DNA of 64,000 nucleotides from Mobula hypostoma (taxonomy: Eukaryota). This document shows, piece after piece, positions 11,322-24,160 of this stretch. The first letter of the stretch is position 1, and each line of letters opens with the position of its first letter. The notes below the pieces were generated by a model. It was not told the DNA's origin and ran no database searches. It saw only the letters and a program-made list of their open reading frames with translations. The position numbers and the translations under genes were made by a program. The DNA lies in the NCBI RefSeq assembly GCF_963921235.1, contig NC_086100.1, positions 48,484,001 through 48,548,000 on the forward strand, given 5' to 3'.

Positions 11322-12298
11322 TGTTACGTACCCCGTAACTGGGTTGCCAAACCAGCAGAAATGGATCACTCAGTTGGAGTCTGGATTACTAGAACTAAGA
11401 AAGTTTTATTAAAGAAACAAGCAACACAGTAATCAAAAGGATAATAAATGCAACAGTTCTGCAATGATAAACACACATGTGCACAGAATTAAGATAACAG
11501 GATCAACCAAGCTCTATCGTTGTCTAGGGGTAAATGACCAATTTCAAAGTGACACAAAGTCCAGTTCAATTTAGTTCAGTTCGCAGTAATCGTTGCCATG
11601 ACGATGGATAATGTGGGGGGAAGGAGAGAGAGAACAAGAACAAATGATCATTCAAAATGGCTTCCACACACAGACCTGCGATATTGCTCACAAGCAGCTT
11701 TCGGGAGAGTCCTTTGTGATGTCACCTGAGGTCACCGACTGTGACCCCTCCTCCAGATGCGGTCGATACTCTGCAGTGAACCCGGCACCCAAGCAAGGGC
11801 GGACACACACCGGGTTCCCGCTGATCGTACCTTTCCACCCTGTGCGTTTAAGGCTTGGTTCCGCCACCAGCCTTCCAAAACGACTCCCGCCAACTTGCTG
11901 GGGGGCACCGCTTCCAGGGTCTCGTTACCTCGTGGTGTCATGTGTGTCCTGCCTTAGCGAACCTGTCCCTTTTTATCCCCCTGCTGGGGTATCGCCTGTC
12001 CATCACTTCAAACAGTTCAGGGTTCAAAGGGGGAGCCGCTCTAGACAGCTCTCTCTCCCGTCCCTTCATTACACATCTCCAGATTGCCTGTCCATCACTT
12101 CAAACAGTTCAGGGTTCAAAGGGGGAGCTGATCTTGACAATACCCAGACTGATGGCTCCTTCATTAACATCTCCAAATGCTGCTTCATTGTGTGCCTTAT
12201 CTCTCCCTGCCCTGAGGACAGGTGGCAGACCAACTGCTGATGCCACTGGTGCTAGCCCAGGCCAGCAAACATCTTAATTTATGTGTATTCTCGTCAGA
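11322..12298 (-). mobile_element. Solo LTR (~977 bp)
   Basis: Termini TGTTACG..CGTCAGA; 4-bp TSD ATGG (11318-11321, 12299-12302); minus-strand AATAAA near 11405; internal ~43-bp direct repeat (11994-12036, 12086-12128). Confidence 0.8.
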
Positions 12299-13420
12299 AT
12301 GGATAAAGAGGAATTCTGGGTGAGAGGTTGCCTGTCATCCACAAAGATATGGAGAGAATGGTGTCAACATAGTGTCACTAAGGAGGGATGATTGTTAGTG
12401 ACATAGCACTTGAACAATGGCACGTGGTGTTCACACACAGTCTCAAGATTGCTATCTTAAGAGATGTACACCATTACTTCAACCTTTTAAGGATGGAAGA
12501 CTTGAGCATGGCACCAAATGCCATGAAATTTCAAATTTGATTTGTTGAACAAGAGATTTATGAGACAACCAGAGCCAACTGAAACCAGTTCACCTCAAGA
12601 GAAACTTAGAGTTTTCAGAAAGATAGTATTCGCCATTGTGAAATCTGCCCCACACCATAAAGAGAATGCAGTATCTTGGAGAAGCATGCAAATACTCAGG
12701 AGTACCCTTATTAGTGAGTGACAGAAGACCCAGGCTTTGGCTTATTGTTCCACTGGCTTCCCTTCGTATGACTGACACGAAATTGTCCACTGAGCTACTA
12801 CATGGCAGAAGCCAAGCAATAGACTGTATATCCTTCATAAGACCAGGAAAAAGGCAACTACCAGCTGAAAACAGACAAAGTGAGCAGCAAAAACAACTTT
12901 CCCATAGCTTCTTTTAAAAACATAATCTATCCTTTATTGCATCTATTAGAAAGAACAGAAAATTTTACACAAAATACCCAATAATATTTATTCTCATGAA
13001 GCCTGAAGATTTCGTGGAAGATTATTGAAAATCTTGGCAAAATGGTAAAAATATCCAATTTTACATAATTATACCACATCTATAGATTTTCTAATGATTT
13101 TCCACTCACATGACAGAAGTTGGGAGAAACGCTTTTGAATTCCATGTGAAGACCTTAAGAAAGTAATAATGAAAAAGTTCTAGTAGAATGCTTTGACAAA
13201 AGTACATTTTATTTTGCATAATAACAATCCAAGGCGTATTTAAAATATACACCAAAAATTTTGTTTAATATTTGAAAATATAAAAGATTCCCCTATAATA
13301 TAGTTTGCCTCTATGCAAGCACTCCATTTAGGGATAAGGGCATCTCATTTGTTAATCTGATATATTAAGTCAACTACAAAACTAGTGATTTATAATATTT
13401 GGGTAAAATAGGAAAGGTAC

Positions 13421-13531
13421 GTCGCATCCAGAGTTTCTCCAGTTAGCGGACGATTTCCCTCCACGCCTCTCTGACGTAGTGAGGATTCGCGTACCAGGCA
13501 AGTTACAGCAGTGGTTTGCCATTTCCTTCTG
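13421..13531 (-). mobile_element. Short RTE-related 5'UTR/SINE fragment
   Basis: AGAAGGAAATGGCAAACCACT motif typical of RTE/BovB-related ends; flanked by GGTAC direct repeats. Confidence 0.45.
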
Positions 13532-13629
13532 GTACATTGATTAAAATCATTTGTAATTATCATTACAATGTTCCAGAAATTTATAGAAAGTTACAGCATA
13601 AAGAAACAACGCATTATACCTACATCAGG

Positions 13630-14415
13630 TGGTGAGGAAGGTCATTGCAGTAGCATTCGTTTCGAGAGGACTAAAATATAAAAGCAAGGTTGTAATGTTA
13701 ACAACAGGAATTCTGCAGATGCTGGAAATTCAAGCAACACACATCAAAGTTGCTGGTAAACGCAGCAGGCCAGGCGGCATCTATTGGAAGAGATGCTGCC
13801 TGGCCTGCTGCGTTTACCAGCAACTTTGATGTGTGTTGCTTGTAATGTTAAGGCTTTATAAGGCACTGATGAGGCCTCATTTGGAGTACTATGAGCAGTT
13901 TTGGCCCCTTATCCAAGAAAGGGTGTGCTGGAGGGGTTTCAAGAGAGGTTCACAAAAATGATTCTGGGATTGAAAGGCTTATCATATGGGGGGTGCTTGA
14001 TTTCTCTGGGCCTCTACACACTGGAATTCAGGTGAATGAGGGGGGACCTCACTGAAACCTATCGAATGTTGAAAAGCCTCAGTAGAGTGGATATGGTGAT
14101 GATGTTTCCTATAGAGAAGTCCAAGACCAGAGGACATATCCTCAGAATAGAGGGGCATTCATTTAGAACAGAAATTAGGAGAAATTTCTTTAACTAAAGA
14201 GTGGTGACTCTGTGAAATTCATTGCCACATGTGGCTGGGGAGGCAAGTCGTTGGGTATATATAAGATGGAGGTTGATAGGTTCTGGATTAGTCAGGTCAT
14301 GAAGGGATACAGGGAGAAGGCAGGAGATTGGGCTGAGGGGAAAATGGATCTGGCATGATGAAATGGCAGAACAGACTCGATGGGCTAAATGGCCTAATTT
14401 TTCTCCTATATCATT
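13630..14415 (+). mobile_element. Degenerate CR1 3' portion
   Basis: Homologous to 5000-5650 of the young CR1; interrupted by the hairpin element. Confidence 0.85.
13702..13842. mobile_element. Miniature fold-back element made of two Penelope-like termini
   Basis: 52-bp arms (13731-13782, 13791-13842), 8-nt loop, one mismatch; TSD TTGTAATGTTAA on both sides. Confidence 0.85.
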
Positions 14416-16863
14416 TCTTTGGGAAGCTACCCAATCAGTTTCACTCATTTGCTGTTTCCCCAAATCTGGCTCCAAATCCCCATTAAATATCACGAATGAA
14501 ACATTTCCAGCAGACTTTCAGGAATAACATTTTGGATTACAATCAATCCAAAATGATCCAAAATCTGTTTCCCAGACACACAATTTTTTTGCCAATTACC
14601 TTCCAAAGAAAACAAAGCTTCACTTTGATTGTTCAAACACTTCGTATTTCCTCAAGTAATTATTCTTTAAACTGCATTCCTATGTTAGATACTGACAATC
14701 CTCATTTTGAAATCTTCATCTGCATAATAACTTCTATTGATTGAATTCCCATGGACTCTGACTTTTGTTTGGCATGGTTGCTGAGGCCAGGCTACCGCAT
14801 AACAGGCCCCAGAATCATCAAAAGCCAGGGCCTTCTAGCATTACCACTCACCTACACATTAGGAATAATTTACAGTTGATTTAAGGTGTCTGCGAGCTGC
14901 ATTGGGCTGGTCAAGTTAAAGGATTTCCTGGACATGCACATAAATAGTGATTTGCTGACTCTGCCATTACATTTTGTCCATGGAGTCCAATGGCAAGGCC
15001 CAATGTTATTTGTATTAACTGGAAATTGTCTCATGGATCTTATGGCCAGTTGGACTAGGTAGAGGATTCTAAAATTCTATTGATGTGAATGGAAATTCAA
15101 GGTCTGCAGATTAGGATCCAAAGAGGAAGAGATATTGAAGCAGAAACTGTTCGAATTACTTAGCAAAGCAGATAATATCTATAAAGAGGGATGGTTACCA
15201 TTATAGCCAACAGAACTGAAGAAAGGTCATCAGCCTGAAATGTTAATTGTTTCTTTCTCCTCTGCTTGATGTGTTAAGTGTATCCAACATTTTCTGATTG
15301 ATATCATATTTCTAATATCTGTGTTCATTTTACTTTGCAAAAAGGGAAAGTAAGCATTTTTTATTTTAATTTTTGTTTCATGTTTTTAATTATTTCTCAA
15401 TGTTTTAATTAACCTTACTTTTCGTTCTTATTTTTTTCTTATTTACTTCAATTGTTGAAGTTTTTAAATGTGTTTGAACTTCATTGTCCACAGTTCCATT
15501 ATCTTTCACATCTCAATGTCCGAATTATGGGTATGGAGCAGGTTTTGTCCTCAGCATCCGGTTCAGATAAATCAGTGAGTCAGATAAGCTCAGATCATGG
15601 GCTCTGGGATCTAGAGCTGAGCAGCAGATTTTGTTTAAAAGCCTTTGACATTCTGGCAGCCAGAGGGTTGTTTCTGGTTACACTGCCCGGGGACTCCTCA
15701 GTTCAGAGGCAGATCGACGTCGATTGGTCCCACAAAGTACTGGGAGAAGGCGTTGGGGGAGAAGGGTGGTATGGAGGCAGGATTGGTTGGTAAAGTAGGG
15801 TCAGCTCAGCCATTCCTCTACAGTTAGAAAAAAATTACAGATTGTTGGAGACAATGAGCAAAGAGTCCATGCAACACAGGAACGTAAGAAAATAGGAGAA
15901 AGAATAGGACACAAACCCTAGAGCTGGCAGCACCATTCAGAATTATCCTGGCTGATCTACCACAGGTATCAACTTCCTGTGCCATTTTCCCATAGTCATG
16001 AATACCAATCGTTCAAAGTGTACCTACTTCCTCCATAAATACCTTCAGTGATCTTGTCTCCACTTTCTGAGAGAAGACCCTCAAGGTCAATTCCATGGAA
16101 GATACAGAAAATTCACTTCTTCAAAATTAACAAAGCTAATAATTGCTGCGAATCAATTAGCAACAAAGTAGCTCGTAACTACAAACATTTATGATGCCTA
16201 TTCTCATAATCTACAAATGACAACTTTGAATATGCAACCTGCATTTGTAGATTCATTTTTTTATTTGCCATACTTAGCTTAAGTACTAGGAGTTTAACTA
16301 ACCCTTTTTTTTACAATGCATCTCAGCACAGGAATATACCAATTTCTTCAACTGTTTTGATAAGGAATCGCAACTCAAGATGTGCAAATGGAAAACTCAC
16401 TTGTGATAATTTTATTGTAAGAAAACACTGATTAATCATTCTATTCTTCACAATAAGTTACTTGGAAAATGAGAAAATCTTTAATAAACAGATAGTCTAA
16501 ATATCTGGGAGAAGCACATAAGAAAGAGAATAAAATAACTCGTAAACTAACAATAATTTATAATTCATGCAAGTTTTGAACTTGCGAAACCAAATTATGA
16601 GGGTCTGATACAAACTATACTCAAAGCAACACAATTTTAATATTTATATCTGTAGGATCAATTTTAAAAATTAAAAATTTTGGTTATTTAAATCAAAAAT
16701 GCAATTGCAGGTTCCAAACCTGCAGCAGGAAGAATCTCCAGAGAATTCAGCCTGATCAGCAGAGGCAAACAACAGGAATTCTGCAGATGCTGGAAATTCA
16801 AGCAACACACATCAAAGTTGCTGGTGAATGCAGCAGGCCAGGCAGCATCTCCAGGAAGAGGTG

Positions 16864-16901
16864 TAGTCGACGTTTCAGGCCGAGACCCTTCGTCAGGACT
16901 A
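16864..16901 (-). ncRNA. Minimal type I hammerhead ribozyme motif in PLE terminal repeat
   Basis: Minus strand TAGTC-CTGACGA-AGGGTCTCGGCCT-GAAAC-GTC-GACTA: intact core boxes, stem II, 5-bp stem I and palindromic ACGT stem III. Confidence 0.8.
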
Positions 16902-19130
16902 ACTGAAGGAAGAGTGAGTAAGGGATTTGAAAGTTGGAAGGGGAGGGGGAGATCCAAAATGATAGGAGAAGACAGGAAGGGGAGGGATGGAGCCAAGAGC
17001 TGGACAGGTGATAGGCAAAAGGGATATGAGAGCGTCATGGGACAGGAGGTCCGGGAAGAAAGACAAGGGGGGGTGGGAACCAGAGGATGGGCAAGGGGTA
17101 TATTCAGAGGGACAGAGGGAGAAAAAGGAGAGTGAGAGAAAGAATGTGTGTATAAAAAAAAAGTAACAGATTGGGTACGAAGGGGAGGTGGGGCATTAGT
17201 GGAAGTTAGAGAAGTCGATGTTCATGCCATCAGGTTGGAGGCTACCCAGACGGAATATAAGGTGTTGTTCCTCCAGCCTGAGTGTGGCTTCATCTTTACA
17301 GTAGAGGAGGCCGTGGATAGACATGTCAGAATGGGAATGGGATGTGGAATTAAAATGTGTGGCCACTGGGAGATCCTGCTTTCTCTGGCGGACAGAGCGT
17401 AGGTGTTCAGCAAAGCGGTCTCCCAGTCTGTGTCAGGTCTCGCCAATATATAAAAGGTCACATCGGGAGCACCGGACGCAGTATATCACCCCAGCCGACT
17501 CACAGGTGAAGTGTTGCCTCACCTGGAAGAACTGTTTGGGGCCCTGAATGGTGGTAAGGGAGGAAGTGTAAGGGCATGTGTAGCACTTGTTCCGCTTACA
17601 CAGATCAGTGCCAGGAGGGAGATCAGTGGGGAGAGATGGAGGGGACGAATGGACACGGGACTCGCGTAGGGAGCGATCCCTGCGGAATGCAGAGGAGGGG
17701 GGAGGGAAAGATGTGCTTAGTGGTTGGATCCCGTTGGAGGTGTTCCGTGCCTATTCTGGTATCTTTTCCTTCGCTACATCGACGACTGCATTGGCGCTGC
17801 TTCCTGCATGCATGCAGAGCTCGTTGACTTTATTAACTTTGCCTCCAACTTTCACCCTGCCCTCAAGTTTACCTGGTCCATTTCCGACACCTCCCTCCCC
17901 TTTCTAGATCTTTCTGTCTCTGTCTCTGGAGACAGCTTATCCACTGATGTCTACTATAAGCCTACTGACTCTCACAGCTATCTGGACTATTCCTCTTCTC
18001 ACCCTGTCTCTTGCAAAAACGCCATCCCCTTCTCGCAATTCCTCCGTCTCCACTGCATCAGCACTCAGGATGAGGCTTTTCATTCTAGGATGAGGGAGAT
18101 GTCTTCCTTTTTTAAAGAAAGGGGCTTCCCTTCCTCCACTATCAACTCTGCTCTTAAACGCATCTCCCCCATTTCACGTACATCTGCTCTCACTCCATTC
18201 TCCCGCCACCCCACTAGGAATAGGGTTCCCCTGGTCCTCACCTACCACCCCACCAGCCTCCAGGTCCAACATATTATTCTCCGTAACTTCCGCCACCTCC
18301 AACGGGATCCCACCACTAAGCACATCTTTCCCTCCCCCCCCCCGCATTCCGCAGGGATCGCTCCCTACGCAACTCCCTTGTCCATTCGTCCCCCCCATCC
18401 CTCCCCACTGATCTCCCTCCTGGCACTTATCCTTGTAAGCAGAACAAGTGCTACACATGCTCTTATACTTCCTCCCTTACCACCATTCAGGGCCCCAAAC
18501 AGTCCTTCCAGGTGAGGCGACACTTCACCTGTGAGTTGGCTGGTGTGATATACTGCGTCCGGTGCTCCTAATGTGGCCTTTTATATATTGGCGAGACCCG
18601 ACGCAGACTGGGAGACCGCTTTGCTGAACACCTACGCTCTGTCCGCCAGAGAAAGCAGGATCTCCCAGTGGCCACACATTTTAATTCCACATCCCATTCC
18701 CATTCTGACATGTCTATCCACGGCCTCCTCTACTGTAAAGATGAAGCCACACTCAGGTTGGAGGAACAACACCTTATATTCCGTCTGGGTAGCCTCCAAC
18801 CTGATGGCATGAACATCAACTTCTCTAACTTCCGCTAATGCCCCACCTCCCCCTCGTACCCCATCTGTTACTTTTTTTTTATACACACATTCTTTCTCTC
18901 ACTCTCCTTTTTCTCCCTCTGTCCCTCTGAATATACCCCTTGCCCATCCTCTGGGTGCCCCCCCCCGTCTTTCTTCCCGGACCTCCTGTCCCATGATCCT
19001 CTCGTATCCCCTTTTGCCTATCACCTGTCCAGCTCTTGGCTCTATCCCTCCCCCTCCTGTCTTCTCCTATCATTTTGGATCTCCCCCTCCCCCTCCAACT
19101 TTCAAATCCCTTACTCACTCTTCCTTCAGT

Positions 19131-19168
19131 TAGTCCTGACGAAGGGTCTCGGCCTGAAACGTCAACTG
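19131..19168 (+). ncRNA. Minimal hammerhead ribozyme motif (second PLE arm)
   Basis: TAGTC-CTGACGA-AGGGTCTCGGCCT-GAAAC-GTC-AACTG; core intact, stem I with a mismatch. Confidence 0.7.
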
Positions 19169-20349
19169 CACCTCTTCCTGGAGATGCTACCCGGCCTGCT
19201 GCGTTCACCAGCAACTTTTATGTGTGTTGCATCAGGAGGGGATCAGTTCTCTCCACCTGACACAGATCCATGAGCAAACCAACATATTAAGCAGGGTCCA
19301 ATATTACCAAGTGTCTTTAAGTCACGAAGTTGATGGTTTGAACTCTGGTCTATGATCTTTAAGGAAAAATGTGGTCCATAATTTCATCAAGAAACTGTTT
19401 ATCTAGTTTGATCTATATGTGACTCCCAACCAAAGACTATTGATAGAATTGCCTCTTGATATCTTCTGAATTGGCCTGTTACATCATTCAGCTGTACTAA
19501 AACATGAAGGCAAATGACAAGAAAAAAATCTGACAGGCCAATAGATATCAAGCAAGGTACCACCTCCAAAACAGACAGTCAGACCACAAACTCCTTCTGA
19601 TGACATAATTGAGCTACCATTCAATTAATGAAGCATCATCCTGCCATGGATTTTGAACAGAAGCAAACCTTCCAGAAAATGCTCTGTTCCCTAAAGGACG
19701 ATAGTGAGTTTGCAGTGTTCTACAGATGTGGAAGTACATGGCATACTGGAATACATGCTTGCAAAGCAAGGACTTCGAAGTCTCTAACACACCGCAAGTT
19801 AAACAAGGGTAAGCATAGCCTCGGCTGATTACTATTCCTCATAGTCAGTCACCTGATGAAAAATGCTCCTTACAAAATCTCTAAGTGGTGTGGGTGTTGA
19901 ATATTTTCCAGATGAAGCTTTCAAAAGACTAGTATGATACCATATCTGTGACTGAGGTTGTTGAGACTTGAGAGACTTTACAATCAGATTGGACCTGCAG
20001 TAAAAGGCTTGAGTACTAACAAGAGGGGAAAAGGTGCTGGAAAGATGGCACCTGTGACAATGGCAACATCTTACAAAACTACTGGATACTCTTCGTCTTC
20101 TCAATATACTCCTTCTTATTATTCTTCTGAACTGTGATTGACTGCAACCTGTAATTTCCCTTTTATGAATATATTTCTAGGCACTTCTGCGGTCTGCTGG
20201 GTGATTTGGTGTGGAGTGCAGCTTTGGCCGTCACTGGAGGTGTACACTGCATCATCTCCTAATGGAGGAACATGAACCCGTGGTCAGTTCTGTTACTCCG
20301 TGCTGATTAAATGGCTGAGGAAGATTAAAATCGACAAGGCAAAAGCGTT

Positions 20350-20915
20350 AAATGAATGGGCGTTCAGTGCCATTTGCATGCGCTTGTCTGGTCTCCCTTT
20401 TGTTGCTGCTGGCAGAACAAAAGGCAGGAGTCCTGGTTCTCACACTGCAAGGTTCAATTGCTTCAGTGACCTGTGGCTGTGGGCTCACTTTAGGCTGCGG
20501 TTTAGTGTGTAATATCCTCGGCACTGAACACGTGTTACTATTTGCGCGATTTGATCGGGGCACTTCAGCGCAGAACTGGATCTACAGCTGTGACCGGCAG
20601 CCATCGACACCTCGCTGAATTGACTGACTTGGTGGCTGTGTCCACAACCACCGGCTCCTGGATTGGCTTCACTCTCCTTGGCAGCTTGTGGTTGGGGATC
20701 CTGCAGTTTGATGTTTAACGTTCTGTGTGTTACTTGTTCACTTTTTGTTGTTTGCACGATTTGTTGGGTTTTTTTGCACGTTTGATGGTCTTATTGTGTG
20801 GGCTTTTTAAAATGCGTTCTATGATTTTCCTTGTTTTGTGCTACCTACAAGAAGATGAATCTCAAAGTTGTATACTGTATAAATACTTTGGTAATAAATG
20901 TATTTTAAACTTTAA
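20350..20915 (+). mobile_element. Non-autonomous element with Rex1-type 3' tail
   Basis: 3' end AAGATGAATCTCAAAGTTGTATA..AATAAATGTA..AACTTT resembles Rex1-like tails elsewhere in the window. Confidence 0.45.
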
Positions 20916-21029
20916 AAATATATTCAAGCTCAGTCTTGTTAATCTACTACTGCAATTGCATCTGGAGAAGGTAATACTGGTGGGAAGAATTATATAAACT
21001 TACTTGTGGAGACTTTTCTGTGCAAAAAA

Positions 21030-21370
21030 GGAGGGCTGCACAGTGAAACTGTTCATAGAACGACTGCCGCCTAGTTTCAGTGAGCAAGGTTCAACCCTGA
21101 CTTTAGTGCTATCTGTGTGATATTTTCATTTTCTCCCAGTGATTCCATGGCTTTTCTCTGGGTGCTCCTGTTTCCAGCAATATCCAAAAGATGTGCCAAA
21201 CTGGTCAGTTAATTGGCCACTGTAAATTGCTCCTAGTGAGAGGGTACATGATAGTCTCTTACAGACACTGATGGGAATGCAAGGAGAATAAAATGGGATT
21301 AGTGTAAGTGATTAGGTTGATGATCAGGGCTGACTTGATGGCCTGAATGGCCTGTTTTTGTGCTGCATGC
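21030..21370 (+). mobile_element. Degenerate V-SINE
   Basis: GGTTCAACCC B box and GGGTGCTCCTGTTTCC V-domain. Confidence 0.55.
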
Positions 21371-21409
21371 TTCCTTGATTCTACAACCTATTCAGCTCCT
21401 AACCAACTT

Positions 21410-21930
21410 GAAGTTTTTGTCCAGGTATGAACAAATGAGCTGAATTCCAGACTTGGGGTGAGGGAAGCTGCTGTTAAATTAACGCACCATTCGGCAGCAA
21501 GTAGCATTGAGGTCAAAGGAAATCCAGGAGAAACGTTTCCAGCAGCTGGAGCCATGTCCAGCACAAAGGAAGATGTTTGTGTATTGGAAGGCAATCATTT
21601 TAGCTCCGAAATACAGAAGTCCTGCATGTTCCTCAGAGCAGTGAACCTTGCGCTCCCTCATTAATGACTGTCTCCATAGAGAAATAATTATATTTGCTGA
21701 TGAAAGTAAATTATTCATTTGCAACTCCACAAATAAAGAAAAAGCCCAGGCTTTGGACATTACTGACAAGCAGATCAGAGGATGAAATTCAGTTGTAAGG
21801 GAATGGATGCTTTCAAAGCCTTTCCACCATCTACAAGGAATACCAGTAAGGCAGTGAAATACTCTACACTTGTCCAAATAAATTTAGTTCCATCAGCAAT
21901 CAAGTAACTTGATACTGAGGGAAAGACTTC
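21410..21930 (+). mobile_element. Ancient CR1/L2-type RT fragment
   Basis: Degenerate AQRKMFVY..QS..VP..VNL..IND..IFAD(D) RT motifs. Confidence 0.45.
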
Positions 21931-22924
21931 ACCACAATAACATCAGCTGTTCAAAAAAGCAACTCTCAGTTATCCTCTCAGTGAAAGCTACAGAAGAGTG
22001 ATAAAACTGGAACCTGAAGTGTTACCAGTACTAGAACCTTATGTAAAGGAACTGATCACAGAAATCATTAGGTGAGAAGTGAATGTGGATGAAGATGAGT
22101 GACGAGATGCTGCTGAGTTGGAAAAGGGGACAAAAATGAAAGGACCAGAGGAGAAATTAGTGGGAAGAGCATAGGGAAACAAAAACCACCAGAGGGAAAG
22201 TTTACTTAAAATTGGAAAATTTAGTATTTGTGGCATTGGGTTGTATACTATCCACACATTTGGATAATTTAATTACCAATGAACATATCTTTAACATAAC
22301 AGGAGACTAGAGCGTCTAGGAGAAACCCACACAGTCATAGAAAGAATGCACAGACACAACATATACATGGCTAGAGGATAGGACTGAATCAGTTCTATGG
22401 GAGTACCTCTGCCAACTCTGATACTGTGCTACCCTATTGGAAAAAAAGTATCACCGGAAAATTGAGCAAATCGAGCAAAAATCGAAAACCTCTTCTAATT
22501 AACTAATCAATTGATCTAATATTAAATCTACCTCATAACTGAATGTTATAACTGATAATTGTAAAAATCTGACACTAATTCAATAATAAACCTTAACAAG
22601 AGCCATTTCTAAGTGTTTCCACAAGAATGAGGACACTGTCCTATTTTATCATTCTGGAGACCACACATAATCCAAGCTTGAGACTCTAAGAGAAATTAAA
22701 TTTTATCACTTCAATTTTTGTAAAATTCAATTACGATCCAGTTTAGTTTAAACAGGAATTGCAAAAGATTATGAAAAATTAGATCAAATGTTAACAAATA
22801 ATCCTTAATTTAATGCACACATGTTAAGTTTTTTGATGTACTTTATTTTGATGTGATTGCAAATTAAGTGTGCAGTGAAAGCAATATTTTTCTTCCAGCT
22901 CAAATTTCTTGAAGCATGTCCAAC

Positions 22925-23690
22925 CCTATTCAAATTCAAAGTAAATTTATTATCTAAATACATATATGTCACCATATACAACCCTGAGATTCATTTACTT
23001 GTGGGCATTCACAGTAAATACATAATAGAATCAGTGAAAGACCGCACCCAACAGGACGTCCAAACAACCAATGTGCAAAGGACAACAAACTGTATAAATG
23101 CAATAAGAGAAAAATAAATAAACAAACAAACAAGTACATAATAAATAAGCAATACGTATCGAGAACATGAGATGAAGAGTCCTTGAAGGTAAGTCCACCA
23201 GGTTGTGGGAACCACTCAGTGTGGGGCAAGTGAAGTTGGGTGAAATTATTCCCTTTGGTTCAAAATCCTGATAGTTGAGGAGTTCCTGAACCTGCTGGTG
23301 TGAGTCCTGAGGCTCCTGTATCTTCCTCCTGATGGTAGCAGTGAGGAGAGATCATGGCCAGGCTGGTGGGGGTCCTTGATGACGGATGCTGCTTTCCTGT
23401 GACATTGCTCTGTGTAGATGTGCTCAATACTGGCGAGGGCTTTATCCTTCGTGGTTTTGGCCATATCCTCTTCTTTTTATAGGCTTTTCCTTTCAAGGTT
23501 ATTGGTGTTTCCATTCCAGGCTGTGGTGCAACCAGTCGATATACTCGCCACCATACATCTATAGAAGTTCGTCAAAGCTTTAGATGGCATGCTGAATCTT
23601 TGCAAACTTCTAAGAAGGTAGAGGCACTGCTCTGCTTGACCCAGGGCAGATCTCTGAAATGATAACACTAAGGAATTCAAACACCCTCCA
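22925..23690 (-). mobile_element. Rex1/Babar-like LINE 3' portion
   Basis: AEQCLYLLRSL..KALTNFYRC..; KAASVIKDPHQPGH.LLPSGGRYRSL; (TTTGAA)n tail. Confidence 0.8.
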
Positions 23691-23789
23691 CACTCCAATC
23701 TTTCTTTTTGATACTATTAATCCATATGGTTGCTTGTAAAATTATATATGCAATATTTTCTTTAAGATCATACCCTCCATGGAATCTGC

Positions 23790-24160
23790 CTACACATCTT
23801 GCTGCCTCAGTAGAGCATCCAACATAGACCCCAACCATCCCGGATAGTCACTTCTCCTCCCTTCCAGAAGAAGCAAATGCCTGAAAACACATACCCTTGT
23901 ACTCCAAAGCAGCTTTTATCCTGCTGTTATAAGACTATTGATCAGTCCCCTCACATTCATGTCTTTGCAGCTTATTGTCTGCCTGCACCATATTTTCTCT
24001 GTAAGTGTTACACTTAATTCACCATTATGTTGTTGCTTTGCCATTACATGGCAACTATACACTGATGTGATGGAATGATTTGTATAGATGACATGCAAAA
24101 CTAATTTTTTACCGTATCTTAATTCATGTGACAATGATAAAGTAATTCACCAATTTATCA
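23790..24160 (+). mobile_element. Rex1/Babar-like 3' end, degenerate
   Basis: Similar to 27060-27330 and 8635-8930. Confidence 0.55.

Larger units (their letters stand above)
16767..19230. mobile_element. Penelope-like element (RT YIDD + GIY-YIG) in inverted fold-back arrangement
   Basis: ORF 17724-18515 LRYIDD..LPFLD..TDVYYKPTDSHSYL..HP..KNAIPFSQFLR; GIY-YIG VIYCVRC..YIGETRRRL..RFAEH; arms 16802-17742 and 18294-19230 are reverse complements. Confidence 0.92.

Noticed and set aside
11611-12277. 209-aa and 140-aa ORFs
   Set aside because: They lie within the solo LTR, include its internal repeat and have no protein-like features
15452-15827. 113-aa ORF in locally GC-richer sequence
   Set aside because: No recognisable domain or consistent splice signals; may be an unrecognised old repeat
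19832-20320. Exon-like unique sequence and 90-aa minus ORF (RRRRVSSSF..CCHCHRCH)
   Set aside because: Stops in all frames between plausible splice sites; no recognisable homology
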